From an uncultured Mycoplasmatota bacterium (GTDB lineage Bacteria > Bacillota_I > Bacilli_A > RF39 > UBA660): a DNA stretch of 64,000 nucleotides. Of the stretch, positions 1 to 8,236 are shown piece by piece. Positions within the stretch are counted from its first letter, which is position 1. Every line of letters starts with the position of its first letter. The stretch lies in the NCBI GenBank assembly GCA_900549325.1, contig UROI01000001.1:34213-98212 (forward strand), written 5' to 3'. A program made the translations under genes and the position numbers. Under the pieces are notes generated by a model. The model did no database searches. It worked only from the letters and a program-made list of their open reading frames with translations, and was not told the DNA's origin.

Positions 1-981
1 TTGACCGGTGACGATGTAAAAGAAGGTTTAACTATGATAATTTCCTGTAAGCATCCTAATCCACAATTTGAAGGACAGACAAAGGGAAGATTAGGTAATT
101 CTGAAGTTAGAAAATTAGCTGATAGTGTTTTTTCTCAGGGATTTGAAAGATTCTTGCTGGAACATCCTGAGGATGCAAAAATAATAGTTAATAAGGCTTT
201 ACTTGCTTGTAGGGCTAGAAATGCTGCGAGAAAAGCAAGAGAAATTACTAGAAAGACTGATTTGTCTACGACTAACTTCTTTGGCAAATTATCTGATTGT
301 AAAAGTAAAGATTCTAAAGTATCAGAAATATTTATAGTCGAAGGAGATAGTGCAGGTGGATCTGCAAAAAAGGGAAGAGATTCTATGACTCAAGCTATTT
401 TGCCACTTAGAGGTAAAATTCTTAATGTTGAAAAAGCTAGATTAGATAAGGCATTATCAAATGAAGAAATTAGAACTATTATTACCGCATTTGGAACTGG
501 AATAGGTGAAGAATTTGATTTATCAAAACTTAGATATGATAAAATTATTATTATGACAGATGCTGATGTTGATGGTTCTCATATAAGAGTACTGCTTCTT
601 ACGTTATTTTATAGATTCTTTAAGCCAATTGTTGAAGCTGGTCATGTTTATGCTGCTCAACCACCTTTATTTAGGATAATGCATGGAAAAACAAGGAGAT
701 ATGTACTTGATGAAAAAGAAAAAGAGGCATATTTAGCAAGTCTTCCTGAAAATGTTAGAAATCGTGCGGAAATAGCTCGTATGAAAGGTTTAGGAGAAAT
801 GGATGCTGAGGAATTAAATGAGACTACTATGGATATTAATAAAAGAGTTTTACGTAGAATAACTGTTGATGACTGTGTATCTGCTGATGCTATCTTTGAA
901 AAACTTATGGGTGATGATGTTGAACCTAGAAGAGCATTTATTGAAGAAAATGCTAGATACGTTAAAAATCTTGATATTTAG
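1..981 (+). CDS. gyrB: DNA gyrase subunit B, C-terminal portion (5' end lies outside the window)
   Basis: GyrB C-terminal and Toprim motifs ([39 protein letters not shown]); immediately followed by gyrA. Confidence 0.95.
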   Translation: MTGDDVKEGLTMIISCKHPNPQFEGQTKGRLGNSEVRKLADSVFSQGFERFLLEHPEDAKIIVNKALLACRARNAARKAREITRKTDLSTTNFFGKLSDCKSKDSKVSEIFIVEGDSAGGSAKKGRDSMTQAILPLRGKILNVEKARLDKALSNEEIRTIITAFGTGIGEEFDLSKLRYDKIIIMTDADVDGSHIRVLLLTLFYRFFKPIVEAGHVYAAQPPLFRIMHGKTRRYVLDEKEKEAYLASLPENVRNRAEIARMKGLGEMDAEELNETTMDINKRVLRRITVDDCVSADAIFEKLMGDDVEPRRAFIEENARYVKNLDI

Positions 982-992
982 GAGGTTATGTT

Positions 993-3596
993 ATGGAAGA
1001 TGAAAATATTAAAAAAGAAAGCGACGATATTAATGAACTTGTTAATAGAGCAATGAATGACAATAATCAAGGTGAAAAAAATGAAGATATTGCTGTTGAA
1101 AATTCAGATATAGAAGAAACTGATAACTTTAATGGTGATTTTCATGAAAAAGATAGTAGTACTGCAAATGACATCGTTTCAGAGGTTAAAGACTCATTTA
1201 TTGACTATTCTATGAGTGTTATTACTTCAAGAGCTATTCCTGACCTTAGAGATGGCTTAAAACCTGTTCACAGGAGAATATTATGGTCTATGTATGAAGA
1301 AGGTAATACTCCCGATAAACCTCATAAAAAATCTGCAACTACTGTTGGTTACGTTATGGGACATTACCATCCTCATGGAGATAGTTCTATATATGAGGCT
1401 ATGGTTCGTTTAGCACAGGATTTTAATGAAAGATATATGTTAGTTGATGGTCATGGTAATTTTGGTAATATTGAAGGTGATGGTGCTGCAGCATATCGTT
1501 ATACTGAAGCAAGATTATCTAGAATTTCGCTTGAACTTATTAGAGATATTAATAAAAATACTGTTGATATGGATGATAATTTTGATGAAACTAGTAAAGA
1601 ACCTAGAGTATTACCAAGTAGATTTCCAAATATATTAGTAAATGGCTCAATGGGTATAGCTGTTGGTATGGCTACTAATATTCCTCCACATAATTTAGGT
1701 GAGGTAATTGATGGCTGTGTAGCATATATTGATAATCATGATATAGATACTTTAGGTCTTATGGAATACATAAAGGGGCCTGATTTTCCTACAGGTGGAA
1801 TTATACTTGGCAATTCTGGTATAAAAAAGGCCTATGAAACAGGTAGGGGATCTATTACTATTCGTAGTAGAGCGGAGATTGAAGAACATAATAATCATAA
1901 TACTATTGTTATTACTGAAGTTCCTTATGGTATAAATACTATGGAACTAAAAAATAAGGTAGCTGAACTTGTTAGAGATAAAGTTATTGATGGTATATCT
2001 GATTATCATACTGATTTAAAAGATGGTGTTAAAATCACTATTACTTTGAAAAGAGACGCTAATCCTCAGGTTGTACTTAATAATTTATATAAGCACACTA
2101 ATTTTCAAATTTCCTATGGAATTATATTTTTGATGCTTGATCAGGGTGTTCCTAAGACCTTGGGATTAAAGGATATTATTTCTAAATATATTGATCATCA
2201 AAAAGAAGTTATTATCAGACGAACTAAATTTGATTTAGATAAAGACGAGAGAAGAGTTCATATTTTGGAAGGTTATAAAATAGCTCAAGATAATATTGAT
2301 GAAGTTATCAAAATAATAAAAACTGCCGAAAGTGATATAGAAGCAAAGAAAAAGTTAATGGAACGATTTGCTTTATCTGAAATTCAAACTGATGCTATAT
2401 TAGAATTAAAATTGCGTCGTTTAACCGGAATGGAAAGAGATAAAATTGAAGCCGAACTTGCTGATTTGCTTGTTGAAATCGAAGAATTAAAGTCTATTCT
2501 TGCTTCTGAAGAAAAAGTTCTTAGTATTATTAAAAAAGAATTATTAGAAATTAAGAGTAGATATGCTGATGAAAGAAGAACACATATTGATATGACCGCT
2601 GTTGAATATATTGAAGACGAAAGCTTAATTCCTGAAGATAAAGTTGTTATTACTTTAACTAAGAAGGGATATATTAAGAGACTATCTGCTTCAACTTATA
2701 AGACACAGCATAGAGGTGGTGTTGGTATAAAAGGTATGTCTACTAATGAAGAAGACTTTGTTGAACAAATTCTTAATTGTTCTACACATGATTATGTTTT
2801 ATTCTTTACTAATATGGGTAAAGTATACAGGGTTAAAGGTTATAAAATTCCTGAGTATAGTAGACAATCAAAAGGATTACCAATTATCAATCTACTTAAC
2901 TTAGAACAAGGTGAGTATGTTACGGCTTTACTTAATGGCTCTAGTGATAGTGAAGATAAGTATTTGGTATTTGCCACTAAAAGTGGTTTAATTAAGAGAA
3001 CTGATTTGGCTGAATTCTATAATATTAGAATTAATGGTAAGAGATTTATCACTTTAAGAGATGATGATGAACTTATTTCTGTTAAGGGTACTACCGGAGA
3101 TAATGATATTTTAATGGCTTCTTCCAATGGTAGAATGGTAAGATTTAATGAAAATTCTATTAGAGTTATGGGAAGAGGTGCTTCTGGAGTTAGAGGTATT
3201 AATTTAGATGGTGGTTTTCTTGTCGGAATGGAAGTTGTTAAACCTAATGAAGATGTTCTTGTTATTAGTGAATATGGATATGGTAAAAAAACTCCTATTG
3301 ATGAATATAGAATAACAAATAGGGGTGGTAAAGGTGTTAAAACTATTAATATCACCGAAAAGAATGGTGCTATTGTTTCGTTTAAAACTGTTACAGATGA
3401 TAAGGATTTGATAATTATTACTGATACAGGTATGATTATCAGATTAGCAGTTGATAAGATTTCTAGAATGAGTAGAGTTACTCAGGGAGTTAGACTTATT
3501 AATCTTAAGGATGATACGAAAGTTAGTGGAACTGCGATTGTTGACAAAGAAAATGAAGAACAAACTTTGGAAACTAATGAAATAAAGAGTGAGTAA
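993..3596 (+). CDS. gyrA: DNA gyrase subunit A
   Basis: 867-aa ORF with the GyrA catalytic tyrosine region (AAAYRYTEARLS), the HPHGD motif and C-terminal beta-pinwheel repeats; GGAGG ribosome-binding site upstream. Confidence 0.95.
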   Translation: MEDENIKKESDDINELVNRAMNDNNQGEKNEDIAVENSDIEETDNFNGDFHEKDSSTANDIVSEVKDSFIDYSMSVITSRAIPDLRDGLKPVHRRILWSMYEEGNTPDKPHKKSATTVGYVMGHYHPHGDSSIYEAMVRLAQDFNERYMLVDGHGNFGNIEGDGAAAYRYTEARLSRISLELIRDINKNTVDMDDNFDETSKEPRVLPSRFPNILVNGSMGIAVGMATNIPPHNLGEVIDGCVAYIDNHDIDTLGLMEYIKGPDFPTGGIILGNSGIKKAYETGRGSITIRSRAEIEEHNNHNTIVITEVPYGINTMELKNKVAELVRDKVIDGISDYHTDLKDGVKITITLKRDANPQVVLNNLYKHTNFQISYGIIFLMLDQGVPKTLGLKDIISKYIDHQKEVIIRRTKFDLDKDERRVHILEGYKIAQDNIDEVIKIIKTAESDIEAKKKLMERFALSEIQTDAILELKLRRLTGMERDKIEAELADLLVEIEELKSILASEEKVLSIIKKELLEIKSRYADERRTHIDMTAVEYIEDESLIPEDKVVITLTKKGYIKRLSASTYKTQHRGGVGIKGMSTNEEDFVEQILNCSTHDYVLFFTNMGKVYRVKGYKIPEYSRQSKGLPIINLLNLEQGEYVTALLNGSSDSEDKYLVFATKSGLIKRTDLAEFYNIRINGKRFITLRDDDELISVKGTTGDNDILMASSNGRMVRFNENSIRVMGRGASGVRGINLDGGFLVGMEVVKPNEDVLVISEYGYGKKTPIDEYRITNRGGKGVKTINITEKNGAIVSFKTVTDDKDLIIITDTGMIIRLAVDKISRMSRVTQGVRLINLKDDTKVSGTAIVDKENEEQTLETNEIKSE

Positions 3597-3630
3597 TTTA
3601 AAATGCTTACTCTTTTTATTTCCCGGGAAA
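3590..3630 (+). terminator. Rho-independent terminator after gyrA
   Basis: GAGTAA / TTACTC hairpin followed by TTTTTATTT. Confidence 0.5.
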
Positions 3631-3676
3631 TAATTTTTATACTTTAAGCATACAAATGTTCGTCATTAATATATAC

Positions 3677-3705
3677 TTGTTTTTTTTGTTAAAATGTGAT
3701 ATAGT
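3677..3705 (+). promoter_or_regulatory. Sigma-A-like promoter in front of the SRP RNA candidate
   Basis: TTGTTT, then 17 bp, then TATAGT, with a TG dinucleotide at -14. Confidence 0.4.
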
Positions 3706-3711
3706 GTTGTT

Positions 3712-3792
3712 GATACAACATTAATGATGGAATCAAGTCAGGGGCGGAAGCCAGCAGCTTTAACATTTTATTAATGTGTGTATCTTTTTTTT
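3712..3792 (+). ncRNA. ffs: Small (4.5S-type) signal recognition particle RNA candidate
   Basis: Contains GUCAGGGGCGGAAGCCAGCAGC, matching the conserved SRP RNA domain IV (the E. coli 4.5S RNA has GUCAGGUCCGGAAGGAAGCAGC) including the GGAA tetraloop closed by a GC/GC stem; the 8-bp palindrome CAUUAANG occurs at both ends and could form the closing helix; ends in a T-run; has its own promoter. Confidence 0.55.
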
Positions 3793-3793
3793 A

Positions 3794-3809
3794 TGTTTCA
3801 CGTGGAACA
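3794..3809. promoter_or_regulatory. parS site 1 (TGTTTCACGTGGAACA)
   Basis: Equals the reverse complement of the B. subtilis-type parS TGTTCCACGTGAAACA; TTTTCCACA follows at 3814-3822. Confidence 0.8.
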
Positions 3810-4001
3810 TGAATTTTCCACAATTTTTTTATATTTGAATTGGACTATAGTTTTTAATTATTATATATCAAAATTGATAACGGATTTATTATATATAATA
3901 ATTAAAACTATATCGTTGATTAGTTATATAAGATTAAACAATAATGTTGTAATTAACTTAATGATATTTAATTTCTATTTTATTTTTAATTATATTATAA
4001 A

Positions 4002-4017
4002 TGTTTCACGTGAAACA
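4002..4017. promoter_or_regulatory. parS site 2 (perfect palindrome TGTTTCACGTGAAACA)
   Basis: Perfect 16-bp palindromic parS; TGAG then TTTTCCACA at 4022-4030. Confidence 0.85.
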
Positions 4018-4161
4018 TGAGTTTTCCACATGTAATCACGAAAGTAATAATTATAATATAATAATTAGATTTTTATTATAAATATTTAAAAATTAAACAT
4101 TTAAACTACATATTAATCTTAAGCTGTTTTATTTTTGTGTATTCTTTCTTTGTAAATATAA

Positions 4162-4177
4162 AGTTTCACGTGAAACG
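4162..4177. promoter_or_regulatory. parS site 3 (AGTTTCACGTGAAACG)
   Basis: 14-bp core GTTTCACGTGAAAC intact; TAAG then TTTTCCACA at 4182-4190. Confidence 0.75.
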
Positions 4178-4325
4178 TAAGTTTTCCACAATATATGTAT
4201 TAAACTTTTATATTTTCAGTACACTATCTGAAAAAAGAACATTTTCAGTGTATATTTAAAAAACTTTACTTAATTTAGCGCGTATTTAACTTAAAATGCT
4301 ACTTTATCTATTATTGAATTAACTA

Positions 4326-4341
4326 TGTTTCACGTGAAACA
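4326..4341. promoter_or_regulatory. parS site 4 (perfect TGTTTCACGTGAAACA)
   Basis: Perfect parS; TGAG then TTTTCCACA at 4346-4354. Confidence 0.85.
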
Positions 4342-4485
4342 TGAGTTTTCCACAACTAAAATCATTTTAATTATTGATATTAAATATATTTTAATTAACT
4401 GATTCAATAATGATATTAAATTTTTATAATTATATATATGATTTATTTATATTTATTAAATGTAATTATGTGATAAAAAAGTGTA

Positions 4486-4501
4486 AGTTTCACGTGAAAC
4501 T
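4486..4501. promoter_or_regulatory. parS site 5 (AGTTTCACGTGAAACT)
   Basis: Palindromic variant with intact 14-bp core; no DnaA-box-like motif follows. Confidence 0.75.
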
Positions 4502-4669
4502 TGTATATCAACATATTTTATCACTAAAATGTTGTTAATATATTAAATATATAATCAATTATAATGAATTTTTTTATTATTTAATTCAAATAAATTTATT
4601 TATACAACCATTTTTAGAAAATCATGATAAATTTTACTAAATTTTTTATCTTATACTATTAATTACAAA

Positions 4670-4685
4670 TGTTTCACGTGAAACA
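4670..4685. promoter_or_regulatory. parS site 6 (perfect TGTTTCACGTGAAACA)
   Basis: Perfect parS; TAAG then TTTTCCACA at 4690-4698. Confidence 0.85.
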
Positions 4686-4834
4686 TAAGTTTTCCACAAC
4701 ATATGTATTAAACTTTTATATTTTCAGTACACTATCTGAAAAAAGAATATTTTCTGTGTATTTTATTTTCAATTTCATTTAATTTTGCATATATTTGCTT
4801 TAAAATGGTACTTTATTTATTTTTGAATTAGCTA

Positions 4835-4850
4835 TGTTTCACGTGAAACG
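4835..4850. promoter_or_regulatory. parS site 7 (TGTTTCACGTGAAACG)
   Basis: One mismatch from consensus; lies about 90 bp upstream of the tadA start codon. Confidence 0.75.
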
Positions 4851-4937
4851 TTTTTTTACTTGTTGATGTGTATAATTAAAATAACTGGTTCTAGTTACTA
4901 TTTTTTGTTATACTTGTTGATAGAAAAGGAGTTTATA

Positions 4938-5360
4938 ATGAAAAAATATCTTGATATGGCATTTATTGAAGCAAAAAAGGCTTTTGATTTGGACGAAATT
5001 CCTGTAGGATGTGTTATTGTATACAAAAATAAGGTTATAGCCTGTGGACGCAATGAAAAAGAAAGCAAAAATTGTGCAATTAGGCATGCTGAGATGGTGG
5101 CGATTGATATAGCCTGTGGAAAACTCAATTCTTGGCGTTTGGATGAATGTGATCTTTATGTCACTTTGGAGCCCTGCATGATGTGTATGGGTGCAATTGT
5201 TGAATCTAGAATTAAAAATGTTTATTTTGGGGCAAAAAATAATGGCGAACAAATGTACGATATAAGGAGGATAAACAAGCTTGTTAACTTATATTTTCTT
5301 GATGATACAGATTGTTCAAAAATTTTATCTGATTTTTTTGCAAATAAACGAAAAAAATGA
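4938..5360 (+). CDS. tadA: tRNA-specific adenosine deaminase
   Basis: Cytidine/deoxycytidylate deaminase zinc motifs HAEMVAI and LEPCMMC; start at ATG 4938 with AAAGGAG ribosome-binding site (the ORF-track start at 4860 is upstream of the ribosome-binding site); same position relative to dnaX as B. subtilis tadA. Confidence 0.85.
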   Translation: MKKYLDMAFIEAKKAFDLDEIPVGCVIVYKNKVIACGRNEKESKNCAIRHAEMVAIDIACGKLNSWRLDECDLYVTLEPCMMCMGAIVESRIKNVYFGAKNNGEQMYDIRRINKLVNLYFLDDTDCSKILSDFFANKRKK

Positions 5361-5408
5361 TGTTTATATCTTTATTTTGTGTTATAATTGTTTGTGAGGA
5401 GGTAGTTT

Positions 5409-7085
5409 GTGAGTTATTTAGCCTTGTATAGAAAATATAGACCAATTGATTTTGATAATGTGTATGGTCAAGAAGAAGTTGTAACTGTTATTAAGAATGC
5501 AATTAATAATAATATGGTTTCACATGCTTATTTATTTTGTGGTCCAAGAGGAACTGGTAAAACTACTATTGCCAAGATAATTGCTAGAATGGTTAATTGT
5601 GAAGGACTAGTAGATGGTAAACCTTGCGGAAAATGTTATAACTGCGTTAATTTTCTTAATAGTAATGATATTGTTGAAATAGATGCTGCTTCAAATAATG
5701 GTGTTGATGAGATTAGGGAACTTAGAGATAAAGTAAATCTTGTACCTAGTAATGCTAAATATAAGGTTTATATTATAGATGAAGTTCATATGCTCACTAC
5801 GCAAGCTTTTAATGCACTTTTAAAAACACTCGAAGAACCTCCAGCACATGTCATTTTTATTTTGGCTACTACAGAACCACATAAAATACCACTTACTATA
5901 GCTTCAAGATGTCAAAAGTTTAGATTTACTAAAATTGATTCAAAAAAAATTGTTGATAGATTGAGAGAAATTTCTAAACTCGAAAATATTGTTGTTGATG
6001 AAGATGCACTTTATGAAATTGCTCGTATTTCAGATGGTGGAATGCGTGATGCTATTAATTTTCTGGATCAACTCGTTGCTTATGATAATAAAAAAATTAC
6101 TCTTGATGACATTTATAAAGTAAATGGTTCTGTTTCTTATAGTGATATTTATTTGTTACTTAAATCTATAGTAGATAACGATAAAATTGAAATAATTAAA
6201 TTTTTTGATACTTTTGATAATAGTGGTAAAGATATTAATAAATTTGTTTCTGAATTAATATTATTTTTAAAAGATGTTATACTATATCGCAACGTAAAAA
6301 TATTATCTGATATTGAAGTAAAGAATGAAAATATTGTATTGGTTAGTGAATTGTATGATTCAAAAAACATTTACGAATTAATTGAAAGACTGAATGAGGT
6401 TCAAAACGTTTTAAGAGTTTCAACACATGGTTGTATTTTGTTTATGACTACTATATTAAAATTTTCTGACAATTATTTTGAAAAAAAAATTAATGTTCTA
6501 GAGGAAAATACTAAAGTTAATTTAGTTAAAAATGACAAAAATATAGTTACTTCTAGTGAAATAAATAATAAAATCATTGACAAAGGTAATGATACTGATG
6601 CAAATAACAATGAAAAAGATAAAATAACTACTGAAAATATTAATATTAGAATTAATAATGCTTTAGCTACTGCTAATAAGGAGTCTTTAAAAAAAATTAA
6701 GGAACAATGGTCTTTGATTGATGAATATTTATATGATGATGAATATTCGGTAGTTGCAGGTTTATTAAAGGATTCTATACCTGTAGTTGCTTCAGAAAAG
6801 TATATTATCGTTTCTAATACTCTTGAATCCGTTGCTAACAGAATCAATGAAAATTTTTCTTTAGTAGATGCTTTTCTTTTAAAAATATTTAAAAATAAAG
6901 TTTTAATTGTTGGTATGTCTAACGATAACTGGAGCAAGGAAAAAAGTAAATATATTTCTAATATAAAAAATGGCATTAAGTATGTTGAAAAAAATTTTAT
7001 TAATGCTTATAAAAAAGAAAATAAAAAATCTTCTATTGATGAACTTATTGATTTAATGGGAGAAAGTATAATAGAATATAAATAA
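5409..7085 (+). CDS. dnaX: DNA polymerase III subunit tau
   Basis: AAA+ clamp-loader motifs (GPRGTGKTT, the zinc module CGKCYNC, SRC motif); GTG start with GAGGAGG ribosome-binding site; followed by ybaB and recR as in Firmicutes. Confidence 0.9.
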   Translation: MSYLALYRKYRPIDFDNVYGQEEVVTVIKNAINNNMVSHAYLFCGPRGTGKTTIAKIIARMVNCEGLVDGKPCGKCYNCVNFLNSNDIVEIDAASNNGVDEIRELRDKVNLVPSNAKYKVYIIDEVHMLTTQAFNALLKTLEEPPAHVIFILATTEPHKIPLTIASRCQKFRFTKIDSKKIVDRLREISKLENIVVDEDALYEIARISDGGMRDAINFLDQLVAYDNKKITLDDIYKVNGSVSYSDIYLLLKSIVDNDKIEIIKFFDTFDNSGKDINKFVSELILFLKDVILYRNVKILSDIEVKNENIVLVSELYDSKNIYELIERLNEVQNVLRVSTHGCILFMTTILKFSDNYFEKKINVLEENTKVNLVKNDKNIVTSSEINNKIIDKGNDTDANNNEKDKITTENINIRINNALATANKESLKKIKEQWSLIDEYLYDDEYSVVAGLLKDSIPVVASEKYIIVSNTLESVANRINENFSLVDAFLLKIFKNKVLIVGMSNDNWSKEKSKYISNIKNGIKYVEKNFINAYKKENKKSSIDELIDLMGESIIEYK

Positions 7086-7100
7086 AGGAGATTGATTTAA

Positions 7101-7397
7101 ATGAATTTACAAAATATGATGATGCAGGCTAGAAAAATGCAAAAGGATATTGAAAAAACTAAAAAAGAGCTTGAAAGTAAGACTTATGATGGTAGTTCTC
7201 AATTTGTTACCGCCACTGTTTATGGAAATGGCAAGTTAAAATCTATAAATATTAATATGGAAGAATTAGAAAATGATGATAAAGATATGTTAGAAGATAT
7301 GATATTAGTGGCTGTTAATAATGCTATTGATAGTATGGAAAAAGACAAAGAAGAAAAATTCGGCAAATATGGCCAAATGTTTAATGGTTTGATGTAA
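7101..7397 (+). CDS. ybaB: Nucleoid-associated protein YbaB/EbfC
   Basis: 98-aa protein with a typical YbaB N-terminus (MQARKMQKDIEK); conserved dnaX-ybaB-recR order. Confidence 0.85.
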   Translation: MNLQNMMMQARKMQKDIEKTKKELESKTYDGSSQFVTATVYGNGKLKSININMEELENDDKDMLEDMILVAVNNAIDSMEKDKEEKFGKYGQMFNGLM

Positions 7398-7398
7398 T

Positions 7399-7992
7399 AT
7401 GTATCCTAATAGTATTAAAAATGTTATTGAGTGTTTGAAGGATTTGCCTGGGATTGGTGAAAAAACAGCTGAAAGACTTGCTTTTTCTTTAATTAATTTT
7501 GATAAAGATAAACTTACTTTATTTTCTGAATCAATATGTGGTGTTAGGGATAAACTTACTAATTGTGAAGTGTGCGGTAATATATGTGAAGAAAGCGTGT
7601 GTCCCATTTGTTTAGATAAGGAAAGAAACAATAATATTATATTTGTTGTAGAAAAAGCTAAGGATATTTCTTTGTTTGAAAAAATTAATGTTTATAAAGG
7701 AAAGTATCATGTCCTTGGTGGTTTGATATCTCCACTTGAAGGTATTGGCCCTGAGGATATTAATATTAATAAATTAATTTCAAGAATAGATAGCGACAAA
7801 GTAAATGAAATTATACTTGCTTTAAAGCCTTCAATTGAGGGTGAAACTACAATGCAATATATTAAAAAACTTCTTGAAAATAAGAATGTTAAAGTGACTA
7901 GAATAGCTACTGGTATTCCTATAGGAACTGATATTGAATATATTGATCCTATGACATTAGAATTTGCTTTGGAAGGTAGGAAGGACATATAA
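7399..7992 (+). CDS. recR: Recombination protein RecR
   Basis: N-terminal helix-hairpin-helix, C4 zinc finger (CEVCGNIC...CPIC) and Toprim domain. Confidence 0.9.
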   Translation: MYPNSIKNVIECLKDLPGIGEKTAERLAFSLINFDKDKLTLFSESICGVRDKLTNCEVCGNICEESVCPICLDKERNNNIIFVVEKAKDISLFEKINVYKGKYHVLGGLISPLEGIGPEDININKLISRIDSDKVNEIILALKPSIEGETTMQYIKKLLENKNVKVTRIATGIPIGTDIEYIDPMTLEFALEGRKDI

Positions 7993-8033
7993 ATTTCTTT
8001 TTATCATATAATTTCTTGGGTGAAATTTATTTT

Positions 8034-8222
8034 ATGCTAAAAAATATTGCTTTTTTGATGAAAAAAATTATATTTGGTATATTATTTATTTATGCTTTTA
8101 ATGTCATTGTTTTTCCACTTAATACTGCAGTTTCAATGAATATATTTACTATTTTGATTGTTTCTGTTTTTGGATTACCAGGTATTATTGGCATTTGTTT
8201 GTTTTCTATTTTCGTTCTGTAG
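8034..8222 (+). CDS. Small integral membrane protein, possible BofA (pro-sigma-K processing inhibitor)
   Basis: 62 aa from ATG 8034 (the ORF track uses a TTG at 8016); two hydrophobic helices and a C-terminal GLPGIIG motif like BofA (ILGIPGIA); B. subtilis has bofA downstream of recR. Confidence 0.4.
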   Translation: MLKNIAFLMKKIIFGILFIYAFNVIVFPLNTAVSMNIFTILIVSVFGLPGIIGICLFSIFVL

Positions 8223-8236
8223 AGGAGTGTAATGCT

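Larger units (their letters stand above)
3794..4850. repeat. Array of seven parS (ParB/Spo0J-binding centromere) sites spaced 160 to 208 bp apart in an ORF-free AT-rich region
   Basis: Seven copies of TGTTTCACGTGAAACA or one- to two-mismatch variants; this matches the bacterial parS consensus tGTTtCACGTGAAAca; five copies are followed after 4 nt by TTTTCCACA. Confidence 0.8.

Noticed and set aside
1444-3355. Internal and antisense ORFs within gyrA (1444-1638 on the plus strand, 3017-3355 on the minus strand)
   Set aside because: They lie entirely inside the well-supported gyrA reading frame and have low-complexity composition typical of spurious frames in AT-rich DNA.
3778-4020. 80-aa ORF from the six-frame track inside the parS array
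   Set aside because: Low-complexity Ile/Asn/Phe-rich translation of AT-rich non-coding DNA that spans two parS repeats; no ribosome-binding site.
3780-4870. CRISPR array: regularly spaced ~30-bp repeats separated by unique spacers
   Set aside because: The repeats are parS palindromes (TGTTTCACGTGAAACA) plus a DnaA-box-like 9-mer. The 135- to 190-bp spacers are far too long for CRISPR. Two spacers are duplicates of each other, and there are no cas genes or leader.
3597-4937. An rRNA operon was expected downstream of gyrA, as in B. subtilis rrnO
   Set aside because: No 16S, 23S or 5S-like sequence is present (no GGAUCACCUCCUU-type anti-SD, no conserved rRNA helices). The region is occupied instead by the SRP RNA candidate and the parS array.
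4898-7988. Antisense ORFs overlapping tadA, dnaX, ybaB and recR (4898-5128, 4908-5252, 6149-6370, 6473-6976, 7305-7631, 7707-7988, all on the minus strand)
   Set aside because: All are on the opposite strand of conserved genes, lack ribosome-binding sites and have biased low-complexity translations.
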